This document shows positions 53,703 to 62,016 of a DNA stretch of 64,000 nucleotides, piece by piece. Each line of letters opens with the position of its first letter. Position 1 is the first letter of the stretch. Source of the stretch: Phycisphaerae bacterium (GTDB lineage Bacteria; Planctomycetota; Phycisphaerae; UBA1845; Fen-1342); the NCBI GenBank assembly GCA_963675745.2, contig CAXXWX010000015.1, forward strand, positions 64,001 to 128,000. The letters run 5' to 3'. The notes beneath the pieces are model-generated. The model was given only the letters and a program-made list of their open reading frames with translations, ran no database searches and had not been told where the DNA came from. A program made the position numbers and the translations under genes.

Positions 53703-54301
53703 ATGCCGGTCAATACCTACTGCGAATCGCACGCTGGTTGCCGATGCTGCTTGGTTTCACACTGCCGGCGGCGCTGGCCGAGGATGCCCCGGTAACGATA
53801 ACGGGCGGCGCCGACGACAACGGTCAGAATTACCATTGGACAGTCACCAACCACTCCGATTCGCCGATCGTGCGGATCGAGATTCCGCACTATCACGGCG
53901 ACCAGTTTTCCCCGCCTGACGGATGGAAGCAGAACTGTACGTTTCTGGTCAACGTCGGGGTACCGGACAAGCCCGGCATTTGCGTGGCGTACGTGGACTA
54001 TCCAATGCAGGGCCTTCAGCCGGGGCAATCGAAGACGATCCATCTGCGCATCGCGCGCGCCGGCGCCCAGCATCGGCCGGGAACGGTTGATGTCCACTTC
54101 GCCAACGGCAGCGAATTCGCGGTCAGGGGTGTGGAGCTGCCCACGCAGGCAACGCTGATGGAGCGTTACGTCGGGTTGGTCGGCTTCGCGGTGTTGTTTG
54201 TGCTAGTGTTGATCTTCCACGCGCGCCGCCAGAAACGCCGAGCCATCGAGGCGGCGAACTCAGCGGCGGACGACGACCCCCCCCCGCGCGAGGCTACCTG
54301 A
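53699..54301 (+). CDS. Exported protein with C-terminal TM anchor and basic tail
   Basis: Signal peptide (AALA/ED), C-terminal TM then HARRQKRR; ATGA overlap with the upstream gene. Confidence 0.7.
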   Translation: MNAGQYLLRIARWLPMLLGFTLPAALAEDAPVTITGGADDNGQNYHWTVTNHSDSPIVRIEIPHYHGDQFSPPDGWKQNCTFLVNVGVPDKPGICVAYVDYPMQGLQPGQSKTIHLRIARAGAQHRPGTVDVHFANGSEFAVRGVELPTQATLMERYVGLVGFAVLFVLVLIFHARRQKRRAIEAANSAADDDPPPREAT

Positions 54302-54473
54302 CAGGCGGCCCTGCTCAAATCGACAGGCTTGCGGCGGCTGCCGCCTCGGCGGTCGACGGTCGATGCGCATAAGGGGGGCGGCGGTGGCTAGGAGTGCCAA
54401 TCGCCGCCCCTGGGCACAAAACGGGTATCGTTACTCCACGGCTAAAGCCGCCCTCGAACTTACGCTGCGGGTC

Positions 54474-54920
54474 TTAGCCGACTTTGAGGGTCACCAGCGG
54501 GGGCGCGTGCATGTTACACGGCGTACCCAACATATCTGCCAGCGTTATGGACGCGAGTGATTGCCGTACGCGCTCGTTCAGCTCAACCATGCCGTTATGG
54601 GCTGAGCAGGGCCTGCCCGTCGTAATGGGGCACTCGCGTTCATGCAGGCAATCTTCCTCGGCGCCCGTGGCCAGCGCGTCGATGACGTCCAGGACCGAGA
54701 TATCTTCCAAACCCAATGCCAGCCGGTATCCGCCGGCTCGACCGCGTTCGGCTGCCACGTAGCCGCACCCGTGCAGGATCTGGAGCACCTTGGCGGCTTG
54801 TTCGGGGGGCACCTGCATGGACTCAGCGATGACTGACGCGGAACACACGGCGCCCAGCTTCTGCCGGCTCAGGTAACACAGCACGTAAATGGCGTGGATG
54901 GCAGGTTTGTGAAACAACAT
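54474..54920 (-). CDS. Rrf2-family transcriptional regulator
   Basis: RGRAGGYRLA..EDISVLDVIDAL, three C-terminal Cys, ITLADM. Confidence 0.9.
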   Translation of the reverse strand: MLFHKPAIHAIYVLCYLSRQKLGAVCSASVIAESMQVPPEQAAKVLQILHGCGYVAAERGRAGGYRLALGLEDISVLDVIDALATGAEEDCLHERECPITTGRPCSAHNGMVELNERVRQSLASITLADMLGTPCNMHAPPLVTLKVG

Positions 54921-55235
54921 CGCCGCGCGCCTGTACGATTGAGCCAAAGGCAACCGGACCGTCCAGGTTACCACCATGATTATCGCCGAATCTGGTCGGA
55001 ATGCCAAGAGAAGTGAGATAAAAAAGTCGGCATTAGTTGTGCAAGCTGACTGGGCATTTGTGGCCACTCTTGCACGCTTCAACGCGTCTGAGGGCTGGGA
55101 ACGCGACATTTCGCGTCCAGACTCCAGGACCAGAGCCAATTGAGCCAGAAGATTGTGACCAGCGTGTGGAGGCCGATCCACCAGCGCGAGCCGCGGCCGC
55201 TGCGCGTTGCGGTTGACTCATCATCACTCGCTGAC

Positions 55236-55706
55236 CTAAGGAGTCGCATGACTTGGTTGAGTACGCGGTTGGCCGGCGGCGTCCAGTGAGGCCGCCGGCT
55301 GTGATGTTGGTGTCGGCACCACTATCGCGCCTTCATCGAGCACGCTCACGCGTGTGGCGACAACGCGCGGAGCCATCATGCCGCGATAGAGCAACCCGTG
55401 AGCCTCGACGCGCATGCCGACACGCAGATCCGCGGGTGTCAACGGCCGACCGTTGAGAAGGATAGCGCAGTCATCGGCAATCTCGCCGGTCAGGGGAAAA
55501 CGCTGCTGTGTCTTGGGGTGAATGAACTCGAGCGTCGCGGTACGTGCCTGCGGGTCGATTTCCAGAATGGTGCCCTTGATGGAGCGCTCAATCGGCGTGG
55601 TCGCGCGTACGGCGTACCAGATTCCAGCGCCGATGATGACGACGATGCCCGCCAGCGTGATGGTCAGCCGTACAGCCGATTTATTTGACACAACTGAATC
55701 TCCCAA
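55236..55706 (-). CDS. Hypothetical membrane-anchored protein
   Basis: N-terminal TM, GTILEID..., DLRVGMRV (OB-fold/DUF5666-like). Start uncertain. Confidence 0.6.
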   Translation of the reverse strand: MGDSVVSNKSAVRLTITLAGIVVIIGAGIWYAVRATTPIERSIKGTILEIDPQARTATLEFIHPKTQQRFPLTGEIADDCAILLNGRPLTPADLRVGMRVEAHGLLYRGMMAPRVVATRVSVLDEGAIVVPTPTSQPAASLDAAGQPRTQPSHATP

Positions 55707-55946
55707 CGGCCGGTTTCACACAACGTCACCCATCCTGCGGCGCGTTCAGACCGCGGTGCGGCAAGCCACTCGTCAAAAGCGGGTGTTGCGGGATTGTATA
55801 GGTAATCACGTCGGGAAACGAACCCGAAGTGGCGCGCGGCAGCCTCGTGCACGGTGCCCGGGCGATTGCACGTGCGACGTGTTTCGGTAACACTGTCGTG
55901 ACTTATGGGGGATGGATCTGCATCGCAAACGAGGGAAGCTGGCTCA

Positions 55947-56855
55947 ATGGAAGATCGCGGGCACCTGATGACCGAGCTGCGTAACCAGCGCTCGATGCGG
56001 ATCGACCGCATGAGCATTGCTGAAGCGGTCGAACTGCTGAACGCCGAAGACGCCACCATCACGCAGGCGGTGGCGGCCGCCAAAGGTGATATCTGCCAGG
56101 CGATCGAGCTGGTTGTCGCGGCGTTTGAGGCCGGCGGGCGATTGATATACGTGGGGGCCGGCACGAGCGGGCGCCTGGGCGTGCTGGACGCTTCCGAATG
56201 TCCGCCCACATTTCTCTCTGATCCCCGCATGGTGCAAGGCGTGATCGCGGGTGGATGGGACGCGCTGCGGCGTGCGGTCGAGGGCGCCGAGGACTACCCC
56301 GAGCAGGCCGCGGCCAAGATGGACGAGATGGACGTCGGCCCACACGACGTCGTCATGGGCATCAGCACGGGCGGCACAACGCCGTACGTACACGGTGCCC
56401 TGGAGCGCGCGCGGCAGCGCGGCGCAAAGACGATCTTCTTCGGCTGCGTAACCGGCGAGCACGTCACCGACGAGGCGGACGTGTCGATCCGCGTACTGGT
56501 TGGCCCCGAGGTCGTCACCGGCAGCACGCGTCTCAAGGCCGGCACCGCCACCAAGATGGTGCTGAACATGATCACGACGGTGGCCATGGTGCGGATCGGC
56601 AAGGTCTACGAAAACCTGATGGTCGATGTGAACACGCACACCAACAAGAAACTGGTTGACCGCGGTACGCGGATGATCCTGACCGTCACCGGGCTTGCTC
56701 GCCCGGAGGCCGCCGATCTGCTGCAGCGCTCGGGCGGCCATGTGAAGACGGCCCTGGTGATGCACGCCCGGGGCGTGACGCGCGAGGAGGCTGAGCGACT
56801 GCTCGCCGAAAACCATGGTCACGTGGCCCGGATACTCGAGGAGAAGCCGGCATGA
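55947..56855 (+). CDS. murQ: N-acetylmuramic acid 6-phosphate etherase
   Basis: GAGTSGRLGVLDASECPPTF, EGAED, GPEVVTGSTRLKAGTATKMVLNM. Confidence 0.97.
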   Translation: MEDRGHLMTELRNQRSMRIDRMSIAEAVELLNAEDATITQAVAAAKGDICQAIELVVAAFEAGGRLIYVGAGTSGRLGVLDASECPPTFLSDPRMVQGVIAGGWDALRRAVEGAEDYPEQAAAKMDEMDVGPHDVVMGISTGGTTPYVHGALERARQRGAKTIFFGCVTGEHVTDEADVSIRVLVGPEVVTGSTRLKAGTATKMVLNMITTVAMVRIGKVYENLMVDVNTHTNKKLVDRGTRMILTVTGLARPEAADLLQRSGGHVKTALVMHARGVTREEAERLLAENHGHVARILEEKPA

Positions 56856-58879
56856 ACGACCCCCTGCTTGCATCGCTCAGCTCGCAGTTCACCTGGATCG
56901 ACTGGGGGGTGGTGATCGGGTACCTGGCGTTCACGACGTGGCTGGGCGCGTCGCTGGCCGGTAAGCAGGCGACCGTCCGCGACTTCTTTCTGGGGGGCCG
57001 CAAGCTGCCGTGGTATGCCGTCAGCGGCTCGATTGTCGCCACCGAGATCAGCGCCCTGACGTTCGTGAGCGTGCCCTTCGTGGTGTTCAACTCGGGCATC
57101 GAAGGCAACTTCAAGTACCTTCAGCTCGGCGTGATGGGATCGCTGTTCGCGCGCATCATCGTCGGCTATGTGCTGGTGCCGGTGTATTACAAGCGTGAGA
57201 TCTACAGCCCATACGACTACATGGGCAATCAGCTTGGCGGCCACGTGCGCGGCATGACCAGCGTTTTGTTTTCGCTCGGCGGGATCCTCGGGCAGTCCGC
57301 CCGCGTGTATCTGACCGCCGAGGTGGTCAACGTCGTGCTCCGCGACCAACTGGCCTGGCTGACCGCCCAAGCCGGGCTGAACGAGCTGGCGTGGTCGCTG
57401 ATCATCATCGGCGTCGTTTCGGTAGCCTGGACGCTGATCGGCGGGATCACCACCGTGATCTGGACCGACGTGATCCTGTTCCTGGTCTTTCTGCTGGGCG
57501 CCTTCGTGGCCCTCGGAACGGTGGCGTACAACCTGGAGGGGGGCTGGGCCGAGATGTTCAGAGTGGGCTGGGCGGCCAAGGAGAGCGGCGCTTGGGGCAA
57601 ATTCACTTTCTTTGACTTCAGCTTGAGCCCGCTGCGGCAGTACACGATCTGGACCGCCGCGATCGCGAGCACCTGGGGCGGGCTTGGCGCATACGGCACG
57701 GACCAGTTGCTGGCGCAGCGGATGTTTTGCTGCAAGGACGCCCGCGATGCCCGCTGGGCGATTATCGCCAGCACGCTCGGCCAGATTGTCACGCTGACGG
57801 TTATGCTGGTGGGTGTCGGGCTGTTCGCCTACTACAAATCACAGCCCGCACCCGAGGAGCTGGCCGAGGCCAAGGCGCAGCTCGTTGCCGCCGGAGAGCT
57901 GGCGGCCGACGCCGAACTCCCGCAGCACCCAGCGTATCCGCGTCTGTACGGCGAGGCGTATGAGGTATTCCACGTAACCGAACCTGACGGCAAGAAGGCC
58001 GAGAAGGGCGACCGCATCTTCCCAATTTTCATTCTCGAGCGCGTCCCACGCGGGCTGAAGGGACTGATCATCGCCGCCATCTTTGCCGCCGCCATTTCCA
58101 GCCTCATGGGCATCCTTACGGCATTGAGTCAAGTCGTGATGTCAGCCTTCTACAACCCGCTGCGCGAGCGCTACTTGAGAAGCAAGGGCATCACAGTGTC
58201 ACTCTCGGGAGACATTGAGGCGCTCGCCGATCGGGGTGATACCTCCGCCGAGGACAAGCGCTCCGTCCTCGTCAGCCGGTTGATGGTGCTTTTCTGGGGC
58301 GTGGTCCTGTGCTACATGGCCTACGTCGCCGCTGACGTGCGCGAGCACTACAAGTCCATTCTCGACCTCGGTCTGGCGATGGTCGGCTACACCGGCGGCG
58401 CGCTGCTCGCCGGCTTTGCGCTGTCCTTCCTGCCGCTGAAAATCGACGGCCGCGGATTCATGTACTCCGCCCCGCTCTCGGTGGTGAGCGTCTTCGCCAC
58501 GGTCTGGCACCAGGGCTGGACACACGGCGTGTGCTGGACCTTTGCGATCATCCTGCTGCTCGTGTGGATCTGGCACCTGATGAGCGAGGCGATAGCCGTC
58601 GTGGCGCTGGACGACGACCGTCAACGCCAACGCCGCGCGCTCTCACTAGTTTTGCGCGACTGGCCGCAGACGATCATACTGCTCGTCGGCCTGGCGCTCT
58701 TGTTGTGGCTCAACTACTACGGATTCTGGCCGGGTAAACCTGCCGAAGACGGCAGCCCGACGTACCTGACGATCGCCTGGCCCTGGTATGCTCCGCTGGG
58801 CAGCACGATCGCGTTCGTGTGGGGCTATCTGCTCGCACGCAGAAAGATCGAGCCAGACGTGGCATCCGCGGGTGCATGA
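56852..58879 (+). CDS. Sodium:solute symporter
   Basis: DFFLGGRKLPW, SIVATEISA, GTDQLLAQR, AAIFAAAISS; ATGA overlap with murQ. Confidence 0.92.
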   Translation: MNDPLLASLSSQFTWIDWGVVIGYLAFTTWLGASLAGKQATVRDFFLGGRKLPWYAVSGSIVATEISALTFVSVPFVVFNSGIEGNFKYLQLGVMGSLFARIIVGYVLVPVYYKREIYSPYDYMGNQLGGHVRGMTSVLFSLGGILGQSARVYLTAEVVNVVLRDQLAWLTAQAGLNELAWSLIIIGVVSVAWTLIGGITTVIWTDVILFLVFLLGAFVALGTVAYNLEGGWAEMFRVGWAAKESGAWGKFTFFDFSLSPLRQYTIWTAAIASTWGGLGAYGTDQLLAQRMFCCKDARDARWAIIASTLGQIVTLTVMLVGVGLFAYYKSQPAPEELAEAKAQLVAAGELAADAELPQHPAYPRLYGEAYEVFHVTEPDGKKAEKGDRIFPIFILERVPRGLKGLIIAAIFAAAISSLMGILTALSQVVMSAFYNPLRERYLRSKGITVSLSGDIEALADRGDTSAEDKRSVLVSRLMVLFWGVVLCYMAYVAADVREHYKSILDLGLAMVGYTGGALLAGFALSFLPLKIDGRGFMYSAPLSVVSVFATVWHQGWTHGVCWTFAIILLLVWIWHLMSEAIAVVALDDDRQRQRRALSLVLRDWPQTIILLVGLALLLWLNYYGFWPGKPAEDGSPTYLTIAWPWYAPLGSTIAFVWGYLLARRKIEPDVASAGA

Positions 58880-58941
58880 CCTCGCTTCGTCCCAGATGTG
58901 CGCAGCGCATCGCATCGCCTGACAAGGCCCGGAGGAAAGGC

Positions 58942-60153
58942 GTGAGAAATACCACTTGTTGCCGACTCGCCGCTACGACGGCACTAGGCTTGATGATGAT
59001 GGTCTCGGTTGGTTGCCAGAGCGGTCCGGAGGTGCGGTCGCCGATGCGGGCGATCTGGGTCACGCGGTACGACTACACCACCGCCGACCACGTTAAAAGA
59101 ATCATCGCCGACTGCGACGACGCGGGCTTCAACACCGTGCTCTTCCAGGTGCGCGGCAACGGGACCGCGTTCTATGACTCCAACCTCGAACCCTGGGCCG
59201 ACGAGCTCGGCGGCACCGATCCGGGGTACGACCCACTGGCCCTGGCGTGCGCGGAAGCTCATGCCCGTGGCATGGATCTGCACGCCTGGGTCAACGTCAT
59301 GCCGGCCTGGCGCGGTCGCACCCCGCCCACCAAGGCCGAGCAGCTTTACAACCAGCATCCCGAGTGGTTCTGGTACGCCGCGGACGGTCAAAGGCAGGCG
59401 CTCACGTCGTTTTACGTGAGTCTGAACCCCTGTCTGCCGGAGGTGCGCGACTACCTGGTGGCAGTCTTCGAGGATCTGGTGTCGCGGTACGAGATTGACG
59501 GTCTGCACATGGACTACATCCGGTTTCCCAACGAGCGGCCGGAGCGCGGCGCGGCCGACCTGCCCGATTTCCCCCGCGACGCGCGCACGCTTGCTCTCTA
59601 CAAACAGGACACCGGCAAAACGCCTGACGAAGACATCGAGGCCTGGAACAAGTGGCGTACCGCGCAGGTTTCCCGGCTGGTCGCGGACATTCACGACATG
59701 ATGCGCCGCGCGAAGGCCGACGCGGCCTTGTCGGCTTCGGTGGGCTCGGTGCGCGAGAACGCGCTGCGACACTTCCAGGACGGCCGCCGCTGGATGGACG
59801 AGGGTGATCTCGATTTCGCCATTCTCATGAACTACACCGACAGCCCGGAGGAGTTCGCGCAGCGCATAGAACCGTGGCTCGCCGATCGCCCGGACGTGCC
59901 GGTTGTACCGGGACTTTGGTTCGGGCGTCACCAGGGCAAGCCGGTCGAAGAGGCGACCGACGCGGTTCAACAGCAGATCGACATCGCGCGCGAGCAGACC
60001 GGTAACTTCTGCATTTTCGCGTACGCCTCTCTGTTCGACTCTCCCGACGAAGAGCTCACCGACCAGTCCGAGGCGCAGAAGCGTCGTCGTCAGACGCGCC
60101 GCGAGATTCTCCTGCCGTCGCTGCGCGAGCTTGCCGAACAGGACGGCGCGTAA
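58942..60153 (+). CDS. DUF187/GHL10 glycoside hydrolase lipoprotein (DigH/YddW-like)
   Basis: RAIWV, FNTVLFQVRG, DPLALAC..AHARGMDLHAW, LNPCLPEV, DGLHMDYIRFP. Alternative start 58876. Confidence 0.88.
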   Translation: MRNTTCCRLAATTALGLMMMVSVGCQSGPEVRSPMRAIWVTRYDYTTADHVKRIIADCDDAGFNTVLFQVRGNGTAFYDSNLEPWADELGGTDPGYDPLALACAEAHARGMDLHAWVNVMPAWRGRTPPTKAEQLYNQHPEWFWYAADGQRQALTSFYVSLNPCLPEVRDYLVAVFEDLVSRYEIDGLHMDYIRFPNERPERGAADLPDFPRDARTLALYKQDTGKTPDEDIEAWNKWRTAQVSRLVADIHDMMRRAKADAALSASVGSVRENALRHFQDGRRWMDEGDLDFAILMNYTDSPEEFAQRIEPWLADRPDVPVVPGLWFGRHQGKPVEEATDAVQQQIDIAREQTGNFCIFAYASLFDSPDEELTDQSEAQKRRRQTRREILLPSLRELAEQDGA

Positions 60154-60214
60154 GGCCCGCGCGACCATTGTAATTCGATTGCCGCGTTGCTACGCTTGTT
60201 TGAGGAGGTGAACG

Positions 60215-61834
60215 ATGGCCCTCGCGACCAGGCCGCGTCTGCGCGCAATCCTCGTACTGACATCAATCGTCGCCTTGCTGGCTCCCAGCGCCGTAGCGCA
60301 AGATCCCGAGTTCCGCGCGATGTGGGCAACGCGTTTCGAGTGGCCTTATCCTGACGAAGGCATATGCAAGTCCATCATCATCTCGCTCATGCAGGACCTG
60401 GCCGATGCGAACTTCAACGCCGTTTTCTTTCAAGTGCGGGGCCAGGCGGACGTGCTGTACCCGTCGCCGTACGAGGTCTGGTCACCACTGATCGGCGGCA
60501 GTGACCCGGGGTGGGATCCGCTGGAGTTCGCGATAGACACCGCCCATCTGCTGGGGCTCGAGTTTCACGCGTACATCAACACACACACCTGCTGGCAAAG
60601 CTATCCCGCCACGGCACAGACATTGCCGGACGACCCCAATCATATCTTTTACGCGCACTGCAACCTGGCCGATCCGGATGCGCACGACTGGCTCTACTAC
60701 AACGAAGTTGAGCAGCCAGCGCAGTTCGGTGCCGGTAATTACGTCTGGTTTGCGCCCGGCGTGCCAGCTTATCAGGCGTACATTCGGCAGCAGGTGCTGT
60801 ACGTCGTCGAGAATTACGACGTGGACGGCGTACACTTCGACCGCATCCGTACTCAGGGCGCGGGGCAACCTTCGCGTGACCCAATAAGCCTGCTGCGCCA
60901 GTTCACGCCGCAGAGTAATCCGGAAAACCTGCCGCTAACCGAATGGACGGCCGACCAGATAACGCGCACCGTGCGGGACATGTACGCCGCCATCATGGTC
61001 GTCAAACCACACGTCAAGGTCAGCGCCGCTGTGCTTTACGACTTCAACGCCTCGCGCGTCAGCCAGCATCAGGATTCGATGGCGTGGGCGCATGACGGCG
61101 CGATGGACATGCTGGTGCCGATGATGTACTTCACCGGGGGCGCGGACTCCACGTGGGACTACCTGTTGCAGGCATGGCTGTACGATCTACAGGGCGCCAA
61201 CACGCAGCTTGTGGCCGGCCACAGCAGCGGCCAGGGGCCGGGATCGCTAATCGAGCAGGTGTCCCTGACGCGCCAGCGCGGGGCGGCCGGCAACAGCATT
61301 TTCTCGTGGAGTTCATTTCATTACTGGAATGACTACGAGGCTACGGTGTACCAGAACGCCGCCGCTGTTCCCCCGATGCCGTGGAAAGACACGCCTGCGA
61401 CGGGAATAGTCTACGGCTACGTCACCGACCCCAACGGCATGCCGGTCGTCGATGCCCAGATCCACATGGCGGGAAGGTCCGACGTAGCGTTATCGAGTGC
61501 GGACGGGTTTTACTCGTTCCTGCAAGTTACTCCCGGCAGCCACACGCTGACGGCGGCGCATCCGGAGTACGTCTGGCTGACTGTCCCTGACGTGGTGGTC
61601 GTCGCCGGCGAGACCCCACGTGTTGACATGGCCTTTACCGAGTCCGCGCCGCCGGGCGATTTCAACGACAATGGCGTGGTCGATCAGGGCGACTTTCCCA
61701 TGTTCTTGTTCTGCATGCGGGGGCCGGATTCCGCGTTCGTGGTCGGGCATACCTGTGCCCGAGGTGACGCGGACATCGACCTGGACGTTGACCTGATGGA
61801 TCTGGCGGCGTTTCAGGCGAACATGGGCGGTTGA
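60215..61834 (+). CDS. DUF187/GHL10 glycoside hydrolase with carboxypeptidase-regulatory-like and dockerin-like domains
   Basis: EFRAMW, FNAVFFQVRG, DGVHFDRIR, PMMY; GYVTD.NG.PV..A; GDFNDNGVVD and GDADIDLDVD. Confidence 0.88.
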   Translation: MALATRPRLRAILVLTSIVALLAPSAVAQDPEFRAMWATRFEWPYPDEGICKSIIISLMQDLADANFNAVFFQVRGQADVLYPSPYEVWSPLIGGSDPGWDPLEFAIDTAHLLGLEFHAYINTHTCWQSYPATAQTLPDDPNHIFYAHCNLADPDAHDWLYYNEVEQPAQFGAGNYVWFAPGVPAYQAYIRQQVLYVVENYDVDGVHFDRIRTQGAGQPSRDPISLLRQFTPQSNPENLPLTEWTADQITRTVRDMYAAIMVVKPHVKVSAAVLYDFNASRVSQHQDSMAWAHDGAMDMLVPMMYFTGGADSTWDYLLQAWLYDLQGANTQLVAGHSSGQGPGSLIEQVSLTRQRGAAGNSIFSWSSFHYWNDYEATVYQNAAAVPPMPWKDTPATGIVYGYVTDPNGMPVVDAQIHMAGRSDVALSSADGFYSFLQVTPGSHTLTAAHPEYVWLTVPDVVVVAGETPRVDMAFTESAPPGDFNDNGVVDQGDFPMFLFCMRGPDSAFVVGHTCARGDADIDLDVDLMDLAAFQANMGG

Positions 61835-62016
61835 TACGCACTGACAACGTCCGATAGCTAGTCAGGCCGGCCTTGAATCGGCCCAGCCGCCCGTTGTACA
61901 CTGGCTTATAAGATCTGGAGGCGGAGACTCGCGCTGTCTTCCTCATCCGCACCGCGCACCTGTCCGACGAAGTGCGCGGAAGCTCATCAAGTGCGCGCAC
62001 CCGAGGACTAAATATT

